From positions 103,785-167,784 of the forward strand of contig JAIPJS010000007.1 of assembly GCA_021734025.1 (NCBI GenBank): 64,000 bases of DNA. Reading direction: 5' to 3'. The position numbers and the translations under genes are program-made. Numbering within the stretch: the first letter of the stretch is position 1; every line of letters starts with the position of its first letter. The notes below the pieces were generated by a model. The model worked only from the letters and a program-made list of their open reading frames with translations. It was not told the origin of the DNA and did not search any database. The stretch comes from Fidelibacterota bacterium. Lineage in GTDB: Bacteria; Fidelibacterota; JAANXI01. Shown piece after piece: positions 56,511-64,000 of this stretch.

Positions 56511-57008
56511 ATGTTATTCCTTCAACGCTCTTCCTGGATACTCTGCTTTGCTGTCATACTGATCGGTGCGGTCCCCCTTGTTTTACAGGCAGAGTCTATT
56601 CAGGTTGAGAAAGACTTGGGAAAACTCCATTTAGACAATGGAATGATATTAATTGGAAAGGATTTGCGGGTGAGCGGGGATACCGTTTACATAGATTTAG
56701 AGGGTAATTCGGTCCATGCGTTTTCGGTGGATGAGATGGCCAAGATCTATTATAGCGACAACCGACATTTTAATTCAGTCGGAGCTGTGACCGGCGGTGT
56801 AATTACCCTTGCAGCTTATACTGGTTTAACCCAGTCTACTATCGGTGTCGGAATGGTACTTTTGACTGGCCCTCCAATATCAGCCGCCGTTGGAATCCTC
56901 ACGGGGTATCTCACTCCCCGCTTACTGGAAGATGCGGGCTTCGATGCGGAACACTGGCAACTTTTGTATTCCAAGGATGAACCAGCGAAGAAGAACAACG
57001 ATGAATAA
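56511..57008 (+). CDS. Secreted small protein, paralog of 55227..55724 (module copy 2, gene a)
   Basis: SD aaaggag. Same architecture as copy 1. Confidence 0.6.
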   Translation: MLFLQRSSWILCFAVILIGAVPLVLQAESIQVEKDLGKLHLDNGMILIGKDLRVSGDTVYIDLEGNSVHAFSVDEMAKIYYSDNRHFNSVGAVTGGVITLAAYTGLTQSTIGVGMVLLTGPPISAAVGILTGYLTPRLLEDAGFDAEHWQLLYSKDEPAKKNNDE

Positions 57009-57028
57009 ATCACTAAAATTCCTCTTGG
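56875..57028 (+). repeat. 154-bp segment 98% identical to 55591-55744
   Basis: See the partner entry. Confidence 0.9.
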
Positions 57029-57792
57029 TTAGTTTGGTTATAGCACTTGGCCTTCCAATTCAGGCACATACGCCTTCCATCAGCGCTACGACATATTCCC
57101 TCGGATGGATCGCGACCCCGGAATTTAATTTCTTGCCGGTTCATATGGATCAAGAGGGTGCGTATGAGTCGGGAGCCAGCGCAATCGCCTTTGAACGAGA
57201 ACGGTGGTATACCTACGATTCGCACGACTCGCAATCTTTATTGAAACGGATACTTAATGTCCAAAGTAGCCGTAGCTGGTCCTCTATCCAAGTCGTCCTC
57301 AAGCAAATGTGGAATACCACCGGGGCGGTAGAGGACCAATGGGATCTGGCAGTGAATATGGAGGGCACGCGATACGAAAACGCAGATCACTTTTGGACGG
57401 ACCACTCAGCTCTTCCGTTGGTTATACACGGCCAAGTGTTTTTCGGGGATTACTATCCGGGAGATCGGCCTCAGACCCGCACGGGGTACAACAGATGGTA
57501 TTTTTTCTATGGGTTCGGGATGTATCTCCCGTTCGAGTTTACTCGTACCCTTGGCCGAAATCTCACTTTGAACGGTTCAGCCTACCCGTCGCTTATGCCA
57601 TTGATGATTTCTCTGCATCCGGGAACGCGTTACGGGGCCATGCTTGATCTGGACCTCTCCTTACAATGGAAACGGTTGGCGATCTCAATGAGGAGTTTCA
57701 CGCGATATACCCTGGAATATACAGGCGGAGAGGATGAGTGGAGTATGCATAGTTACCCGGTGACGGTTACCGTGGGATTCCTATTCGACTAA
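57001..57792 (+). CDS. Putative small outer-membrane beta-barrel (module copy 2, gene b)
   Basis: Signal MNKSLKFLLVSLVIALGLPIQA. C-terminal TVGFLFD. Confidence 0.55.
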   Translation: MNKSLKFLLVSLVIALGLPIQAHTPSISATTYSLGWIATPEFNFLPVHMDQEGAYESGASAIAFERERWYTYDSHDSQSLLKRILNVQSSRSWSSIQVVLKQMWNTTGAVEDQWDLAVNMEGTRYENADHFWTDHSALPLVIHGQVFFGDYYPGDRPQTRTGYNRWYFFYGFGMYLPFEFTRTLGRNLTLNGSAYPSLMPLMISLHPGTRYGAMLDLDLSLQWKRLAISMRSFTRYTLEYTGGEDEWSMHSYPVTVTVGFLFD

Positions 57793-57823
57793 TTTGGGCT
57801 AAACATAAAAAGGAGGAGCCTCC

Positions 57824-58072
57824 ATGCCAGATTTAACCCTAACTGATTATGGGGCAATTACACTGGTTATTGGACTCGTAATGATGCTGGTGTCGAACTT
57901 TTTCAGATCCGAAAAGCATCCGGGATTCCGATTTTACCCAAAAAAAGGTGAACGGAAATTTTTTTGGGAAAACCGGGATTGGTTTACGGGGCCAGGATAC
58001 TATCTGCAATCCATCGGAATAATTGTGTTGTACGTGGGGATAATCTGGCTATTTGTAGGCCAGTTCATCTAA
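57824..58072 (+). CDS. Small two-TM membrane protein
   Basis: SD aaaggagg. 82 aa with two hydrophobic helices. Confidence 0.45.
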   Translation: MPDLTLTDYGAITLVIGLVMMLVSNFFRSEKHPGFRFYPKKGERKFFWENRDWFTGPGYYLQSIGIIVLYVGIIWLFVGQFI

Positions 58073-58127
58073 TAATAATTTTAATCAAAAAGCCCCCGGT
58101 GGTAAAGGCGCCGGGGCTTTAGGGGGT

Positions 58128-59024
58128 ATGATGAAAACACAATATTCTTCACAGATTGCGACGCTGTTCTTCGTTCTTTGCCTGCCGTTTTCTCACCTAC
58201 TGGCAATCGACTGGAATGACATTCGCATTGATGTCTATGTACAGCCGTCATATTCAGTGTCCTCAATTAACGCACAGAAGGCTCTTGTTGCTGAGTCGTT
58301 AGCCTTACCGGGGAACAGTCCGCAAAATTCCGATTGGGTAAATGCCTTTAATGCTATGGAAGAAGATGTCGTACAATTTTCCTCACTATCCGGCATGGGG
58401 ACCATTGGTAAATTACAATTGAGTACGGACAACTGGGTTATAGGTTATTCCCTGTATCTCTCCGGTTTGCCCATACCGGATAATTATGGAACAAAGCCCA
58501 CGGGAAGAATAAATGCCTACTTCGCTCCGGGACCTTATTCAGATCTTCCGCTCCTGAGAGGGCATACCAATTATACGCTTGAAACCTCATACAACGTACT
58601 GACTATCGAACGACAGTTTACTCAAACGAGTATTTACGGTATGATAGAAAGCGGATCGCAATGGCTGCATGTTTCCAAAAGTACTTACATTGCTGGATTA
58701 GGCAATAATTTCATCTGGGGATTCACATATCCGTATTTTCGTGTGTATTTTGGCGGCTCCTATTCGAACACTCTGTGGTCACAGATGAAATATTCGATTC
58801 GTCTGGAAACCTCGCCATATACCAATGCGGCTTATTTTAAAACCTCTGGTACCTTTAAACAGATTCAGCGGGATTTGGTGACGAATGCTTCCCTCGTTTT
58901 GGAACAGCCGATTAGTGAGCGGATAACCCTTACTTCCCAATTCACGGCCAGAACTATTTTAACAAGGGATTTCCGATCTATCGGATTTGAAGGCGGCATC
59001 GGAGTAAAATATTCACTGTGGTGA
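58128..59024 (+). CDS. Putative outer-membrane beta-barrel protein
   Basis: Signal peptide. C-terminal GIGVKYSLW (aromatic terminal residue). Confidence 0.5.
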   Translation: MMKTQYSSQIATLFFVLCLPFSHLLAIDWNDIRIDVYVQPSYSVSSINAQKALVAESLALPGNSPQNSDWVNAFNAMEEDVVQFSSLSGMGTIGKLQLSTDNWVIGYSLYLSGLPIPDNYGTKPTGRINAYFAPGPYSDLPLLRGHTNYTLETSYNVLTIERQFTQTSIYGMIESGSQWLHVSKSTYIAGLGNNFIWGFTYPYFRVYFGGSYSNTLWSQMKYSIRLETSPYTNAAYFKTSGTFKQIQRDLVTNASLVLEQPISERITLTSQFTARTILTRDFRSIGFEGGIGVKYSLW

Positions 59025-59059
59025 AATTTTACCGCCAGAAATGGTTTAAATAAGGTTGA

Positions 59060-59800
59060 ATGCATACCATGCATTGTAAAATAATTTCCCTGATAATAGT
59101 TATTTTTGCCTCTAGCACCTTTGCCCAATCGCCAGAGATTAGCCTGTCTGTGGATTACTATCCATCGTTTGGTGCGGCCATAGAGGCACAGCGATTCAAT
59201 ATTCCCGCTTTTACCGAATACGGGGAATGGGGATTTGGCGGACGACTGCAGGTGGAATATGGTGATTGGCTCTCGGAAATATCCCTCACCAGCGCCGAAC
59301 CGGAGCGACGGCCCTATTTCCCGGACAGATCCCAGTTCCGTTTTTATAATGCATTTGTTGGATACAGTATTAAATCGAATACCATATTCGGGATAAAGTG
59401 GCAGCGGAACTATGGCTCCTTGATGGTTGTAGGGTATGATGATGTGGTCTATCTCTCCCATGCTTTAGGGCCGGCACTTCGGGTAAACATGCCAATCTAT
59501 ACTTCGGCAATACGTGTTAATTTACAGACGAATACGGCATTCTATCTGTGGCGTTATCTTCATGGTGAATACAATATCCCCAATGAAGAGAGAGAAGAAC
59601 TCTGGACACACCCCTTTAGTGAAACAACCTGGTTCACTGAGATTTTACCACTCGAAATTTCGCAATCACTCGCACTTGCATATAAGGGTTTCCCGTTATC
59701 CGTCAAGATGGGCTATGCCGCCTGGCTGGATCTGGCCTTTCAGGGCGAAAATATGAACATTTTGGCCTCACCACAGGTGAGTTTGATTTATCGGTGGTAA
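59060..59800 (+). CDS. Putative outer-membrane beta-barrel protein
   Basis: Signal peptide IISLIIVIFASSTFA. C-terminal QVSLIYRW. Confidence 0.5.
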   Translation: MHTMHCKIISLIIVIFASSTFAQSPEISLSVDYYPSFGAAIEAQRFNIPAFTEYGEWGFGGRLQVEYGDWLSEISLTSAEPERRPYFPDRSQFRFYNAFVGYSIKSNTIFGIKWQRNYGSLMVVGYDDVVYLSHALGPALRVNMPIYTSAIRVNLQTNTAFYLWRYLHGEYNIPNEEREELWTHPFSETTWFTEILPLEISQSLALAYKGFPLSVKMGYAAWLDLAFQGENMNILASPQVSLIYRW

Positions 59801-59822
59801 GAAACAGAAAATTTAAAAAAAA

Positions 59823-59856
59823 GACCCTTGCAGGGATTAAAAACCCTGCAAGGGTC
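59823..59856. terminator. Bidirectional hairpin terminator between convergent genes
   Basis: 13-bp stem gacccttgcaggg/ccctgcaagggtc, with an A-run upstream and T-rich sequence on the other strand. Confidence 0.7.
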
Positions 59857-59890
59857 AATAACAATCGTTCAAAGGCGAATAGTTATGTGA

Positions 59891-60829
59891 CTACTCCTGC
59901 TCCGCCAGCCACCGTTCGGCGTCGATAGCCGCTTTACATCCGCTGCCCGCGGCAGTGACAGCCTGTCTATAAACCGAATCCTGCACATCACCACAGGCGA
60001 ACACACCATCAATATTGGTATAGGAATTATCGGGCTGCGTAATGAGATAGCCCTTGTCATCCATGTCCAGCATTCCCTCAAATATGTCGGTATTCGGCTT
60101 GTGTCCAATGGCGTAGAACAGGCCGTCGATCTCCATTTCCCGGGTTTCGTCTTTTTCGTTGTCTAACAGCGTGACGGATTTCAGTCCACCGTTGTCGCGG
60201 TTGCCGTGGAGTTCTGCCACTTCAGTATTCCAGAGAAACTCGATCTTTTCGTTTTTATTTGCCCTATCGGCCATGATTTTTGAGGCCCGGAGTTCGTCCC
60301 GGCGGTGCGCAATATAGACCTTCTTTGCGAACTTGGTGAGGTAGGTGCCCTCTTCCATTGCGGAATCACCGCCGCCGACTACAATCACTTCCTGATCTTT
60401 GAAAAAGAAGCCGTCGCACGTGGCACACGCGGAGACACCGTATCCCATTAGCTCGTCTTCGTTTTCCAATTTCAGGGTTTTGGCCGTTGCACCCGTGGCA
60501 ACGATTACTGCATGAGATTTGTACAGATCATCGCCGACCCACACTTTGAAGGGGCGTTCCGAAAAATCGACCTTCGTCACGTGTTTAAAATGCGTCTCGG
60601 CGCCGAATTTCTGCGCCTGTTTCCGGAAGGCGTCCATCATATCCGGACCCATGATGCCCTCAGGAAACCCAGGATAGTTCTCCACATCTGTGGTAATGGT
60701 CAACTGGCCGCCGGGTTGTTCACCCTCGAATACCAGCGGTTCCAGATCGGCCCGGGCGTTATAAATGGCTGCGGTCAGTCCAGCAGCACCAGACCCGATA
60801 ATAATAACATTGCGTACCTCGTCGCTCAT
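59891..60829 (-). CDS. trxB: Thioredoxin-disulfide reductase
   Basis: GSGAAGLTAAIY FAD motif. Redox-active CATCDG. GGGDSAMEE NADPH motif. Confidence 0.95.
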   Translation of the reverse strand: MSDEVRNVIIIGSGAAGLTAAIYNARADLEPLVFEGEQPGGQLTITTDVENYPGFPEGIMGPDMMDAFRKQAQKFGAETHFKHVTKVDFSERPFKVWVGDDLYKSHAVIVATGATAKTLKLENEDELMGYGVSACATCDGFFFKDQEVIVVGGGDSAMEEGTYLTKFAKKVYIAHRRDELRASKIMADRANKNEKIEFLWNTEVAELHGNRDNGGLKSVTLLDNEKDETREMEIDGLFYAIGHKPNTDIFEGMLDMDDKGYLITQPDNSYTNIDGVFACGDVQDSVYRQAVTAAGSGCKAAIDAERWLAEQE

Positions 60830-61029
60830 AACATCTCCTTATTGCGATTTATTTGTGTCTTAAAATTTGTCAAAGCCTAAAAAGTTAATATGTCTCAAAC
60901 CATATTTCATCAATTATCCGTTTTTTCCCACATTCGATGTTTAGACTCCAATGGTGTGCAAACGTTACAAAACACTGATTATTGGCAATTTTGCTTCGAC
61001 AGTTCATCCAATTTAGCTACATTATTTTT

Positions 61030-62367
61030 ATGCGTTTGAAATCACCACTCACCAGAGAGGCTTTATCCATAGGATATCCCATCATCGTGGGAATGATTTC
61101 CACTACGATTATGAACATCGTGGATATCGCCATGGTGGGGCGTCTTGGCGCCGCGGCAATTGCTGCAGTGGGGCTGACCGGAATATTTTTCTTCACTATA
61201 TCCAGTTTCCTGTCCGCCTTGGACGTAGGAGTGCAAACCGTGGCTGCCCGCCGATACGGAGAACAGGAGTATCACGAAACCGGCACAGTACTCTGGAACG
61301 CACTCCTGATTGCCGTGCTGACTGGTGTACCGGCTACCATCCTTGGCATGGCGTTCGGCACGAAGTTCATCGTGCTGCTGAACAGCGATCCGCAGGTGGT
61401 AGCTCTGGGTCAGGATTACATCTGGTACCGGTTCATGGGGATTGGCTTTGTAGTTATCAGCATGGCATTCCACGGTTTCTTCAACGGCATCGCCAAAACC
61501 AAGATTCACCTGAAGGTGACCGTCGTCGCCAATGCGTTGAACGTTCTCCTGAACTACCTATTGATCTTCGGAAAATTGGGACTCCCGGAGATGGGCGTGA
61601 GCGGGGCTGGGCTGGCCTCGACCATCGGGATGGCGTACAGTGTGCTTGGTTATGCTTACTTTGGACTGCAGGAACCGATTCGTTCTAAGTTTGCGTTTCT
61701 CGTTCCGGCGCGTTTTAAACCTGATATCATCCGAAAGGTGGTGCGGCTTTCCATTCCCGTGGCAATCCAGAATGCATTGGTGCACGCCGGATTCACCGCC
61801 TTCCTGGTCATCGTCGGGAAAATTGGGACCGTGGCGTTGGCCGCAAGTGAGATTGTGTTCAATATCCTGAGTTTTTCCTTTATGCCGGGATACGGATTTG
61901 GTCTGGCGGCGGGCACTATGGTCGGAAAATACCTCGGTGCACTCGATCCGGATAAAGCAGAGCAGAGCGGCTGGATCGGGATGCGTTTGACCATCGTCTT
62001 CATGGGCGTAATGGGCATCGTGTTCATCCTGATTCCGGGATATATCCTGCGCTTGTTTACCACGGATCTGGTCGTTATCAGGGAAGGTATAATCGCCCTG
62101 CAAATCCTTGGAGCGATTCAGTTTGTGGATGCCATCGGGATGTCGCTGGCAGGGGCACTCCGCGGGGCCGGCGACACCCCATTCGTTGGTATTACGGAAA
62201 TTATCATCAATCTGGGGTTATTTCTGCCGACTGCGTATCTGTTCTCCATCACGCTGCAATACGGACTCTTTGGTGCGTGGATTGCGTTCGGTGTCTACAT
62301 TATTTCTTACGCCGGCGTAATGATCTTCCGGTTCCAACAGGGACGGTGGAAGGCGATTGAGGTGTAG
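61030..62367 (+). CDS. MATE family efflux transporter
   Basis: 12-TM pattern. PIIVGMISTTIMNIVDIAMVGRLG N-terminus typical of MATE. ATG at 61030. Confidence 0.8.
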   Translation: MRLKSPLTREALSIGYPIIVGMISTTIMNIVDIAMVGRLGAAAIAAVGLTGIFFFTISSFLSALDVGVQTVAARRYGEQEYHETGTVLWNALLIAVLTGVPATILGMAFGTKFIVLLNSDPQVVALGQDYIWYRFMGIGFVVISMAFHGFFNGIAKTKIHLKVTVVANALNVLLNYLLIFGKLGLPEMGVSGAGLASTIGMAYSVLGYAYFGLQEPIRSKFAFLVPARFKPDIIRKVVRLSIPVAIQNALVHAGFTAFLVIVGKIGTVALAASEIVFNILSFSFMPGYGFGLAAGTMVGKYLGALDPDKAEQSGWIGMRLTIVFMGVMGIVFILIPGYILRLFTTDLVVIREGIIALQILGAIQFVDAIGMSLAGALRGAGDTPFVGITEIIINLGLFLPTAYLFSITLQYGLFGAWIAFGVYIISYAGVMIFRFQQGRWKAIEV

Positions 62368-62648
62368 CAGCTTGCCCTGGTGATTGCATTGGCTTCTGTT
62401 TTCATTTAGGTTCCACTATAACAGTTGTTCTGATCGGCCTCGGGATTAATTTTGCTAGTAATTCTGCCGAGCGAAGACAGCCAGAACCGACTGTTTGACC
62501 GAAGGGAGTTTCGGTTCTGGCCTGAAGTAAGGCGTAGAATTTCTCAAAATAAATCCCGCAGCATTGATTTTTTGTCACTTTTTTATCAAGAAAAAAGTGA
62601 GTATAAATTAGATTTTACACTTTCGAGCAGAAGTGTGAGGACGGAAAT

Positions 62649-63890
62649 ATGCCCTTATCTCCACATTATGAACATAACCGTCTTATCGCCCACGTGGACA
62701 TGGACTGCTTCTTCGTGGCTGTGGAACGCCTGAAAGATCCGTCACTCATCGGCAAGCCGGTGGTAGTCGGCGGCAATCCGGAGGGCAGGGGCGTCATCAG
62801 TTCGGCATCGTATGAGGCGCGAGAATATGGCGTGCACTCTGCCATGCCAGCTGGTCGCGCGAAAAAGCTTTGTCCCCAGGCGATATTTTTACGCGGGAGC
62901 TTCAGCGATTACACCTCGTATTCCAGAGATGTGAGAGCGGTTTTGGAAGAATTTACCCCGCTGGTAGAGATGGCCTCCATCGATGAGGCATACCTGGATC
63001 TCACCGGAACCGAACGACTATTCGGCCAACCGATGGAGATCGCAGAGATTATTCGTATGCGAATCCTGGATAAAACCGGACTGGTCGCCTCATTTGGCGT
63101 TGGGACAAACAAACTCATTGCGAAAATCGCGTCGGATTACGGAAAGCCGGACGCAATTACCTACGTCAGACCGGGTTTCGAGGCGGCCTTCTTAGCACCG
63201 ATGGATATCCGCAAACTCCCGGGTATTGGTCCCAGCACCGGCGGTAAACTCAAATCACTGGGTATCACCACTATCGGAGAACTGGCTGAATACGAGGAAG
63301 ATCGTTTATCACGAGAATTCCATGAACATAAGCGGGCCGGTGAATTACGGGATCGGGCCAGAGGGATATCATACAGCCCGGTCAAACCGGAACGGGAGCG
63401 AAAGTCCATCAGCAAAGAGGTCACCTTTCACGATGATATCACGGATCCGGAGTATTTGAAATCCGTGCTACATTATTTGGTGGAGCAGGTTGCGGTTAAA
63501 CTCCGGAGCCTGAACCAGCACGCGTGGACGATCAACCTGAAGTATCGCTATCCCGACTTCGAGACGCATACCCGGGCGAATACAATGAACACCGAGACCG
63601 ATCAGGATGAAGTCATTTTTTCGGCAGCAGAACAGCTGCTGGATGATTCTGCAGATATTCAGCGGGGAATTCGTTTGATAGGTGTCGGTGTTTCCCAATT
63701 GACCGATCAAGGCGAGGCACAACTGGGACTATTCGAGGAGAGCGCTTCTGAAACTGAAGAGGCTAGTAAACGGACCAAGGCCGTGGACGAACTCCGCAAA
63801 AAATTTGGTTTTGACTCGGTGGTGTCGGCGCAGTCAATAAATATTGTTCGAAGAAAAAATGTGCGGAGGCGGGGGAATGATGAGGAGTAA
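62649..63890 (+). CDS. dinB: DNA polymerase IV (Y-family)
   Basis: IAHVDMDCFFVAVE, SIDEAYLD and GVGTNKLIAKIASD motifs. Confidence 0.92.
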   Translation: MPLSPHYEHNRLIAHVDMDCFFVAVERLKDPSLIGKPVVVGGNPEGRGVISSASYEAREYGVHSAMPAGRAKKLCPQAIFLRGSFSDYTSYSRDVRAVLEEFTPLVEMASIDEAYLDLTGTERLFGQPMEIAEIIRMRILDKTGLVASFGVGTNKLIAKIASDYGKPDAITYVRPGFEAAFLAPMDIRKLPGIGPSTGGKLKSLGITTIGELAEYEEDRLSREFHEHKRAGELRDRARGISYSPVKPERERKSISKEVTFHDDITDPEYLKSVLHYLVEQVAVKLRSLNQHAWTINLKYRYPDFETHTRANTMNTETDQDEVIFSAAEQLLDDSADIQRGIRLIGVGVSQLTDQGEAQLGLFEESASETEEASKRTKAVDELRKKFGFDSVVSAQSINIVRRKNVRRRGNDEE

Positions 63891-64000
63891 AAAAACATAT
63901 TTAAACCGCGAATGAACACGAATATTTGATACGGTGTTTTGCCGTTTTTACCGGAAACTCAGTGTCTGAGCACCCAAATAGAAATTACAAGAGCGAATTT

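Overview
About 90% of this bacterial window is coding. I call 56 CDS, 53 of them on the + strand. All product calls rest on motifs read by eye from the translations; no database search was possible.

Main blocks:
1. A complete Hyb-type group-1 [NiFe] uptake hydrogenase (hybO-A-B-C-D, 2.07-7.70 kb) with maturation genes hypA-B-F-C-D-E (8.3-15.2 kb), preceded by a MerR regulator with a cysteine-rich tail.
2. A MarR / nitroreductase / pirin / DoxX stress cluster.
3. OPT, ABC-2 and sodium:solute transporters.
4. A DUF785 protease / rimK / AstE-like module, then a K+ channel with a stand-alone cNMP-binding protein.
5. Housekeeping genes: rlmD-like, valS, recG, cca-like, trxB, dinB, a MATE pump.
6. 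A 9-kb block (50.9-59.8 kb) of 11 uncharacterised envelope ORFs: a TonB-dependent-receptor-like barrel, several small putative beta-barrels and small membrane proteins. It contains an in-frame stop and a tandemly duplicated two-gene module.

I saw no rRNA, tRNA, CRISPR array, transposase, integrase or recognisable defence gene.

The most unusual signal is non-coding. Nearly every long spacer, including three inside the hyp operon, is a mosaic of recurring short modules:
- 8-nt-periodic NNNAACAC arrays ending just upstream of start codons;
- hairpin 'words';
- elements bounded by inverted repeats (IRs);
- 'stutter' tracts of near-tandem repeats.

The gene content (DUF4835, DUF2723, CarboxypepD_reg-type receptor) hints at an FCB-group-like organism, but this is tentative.
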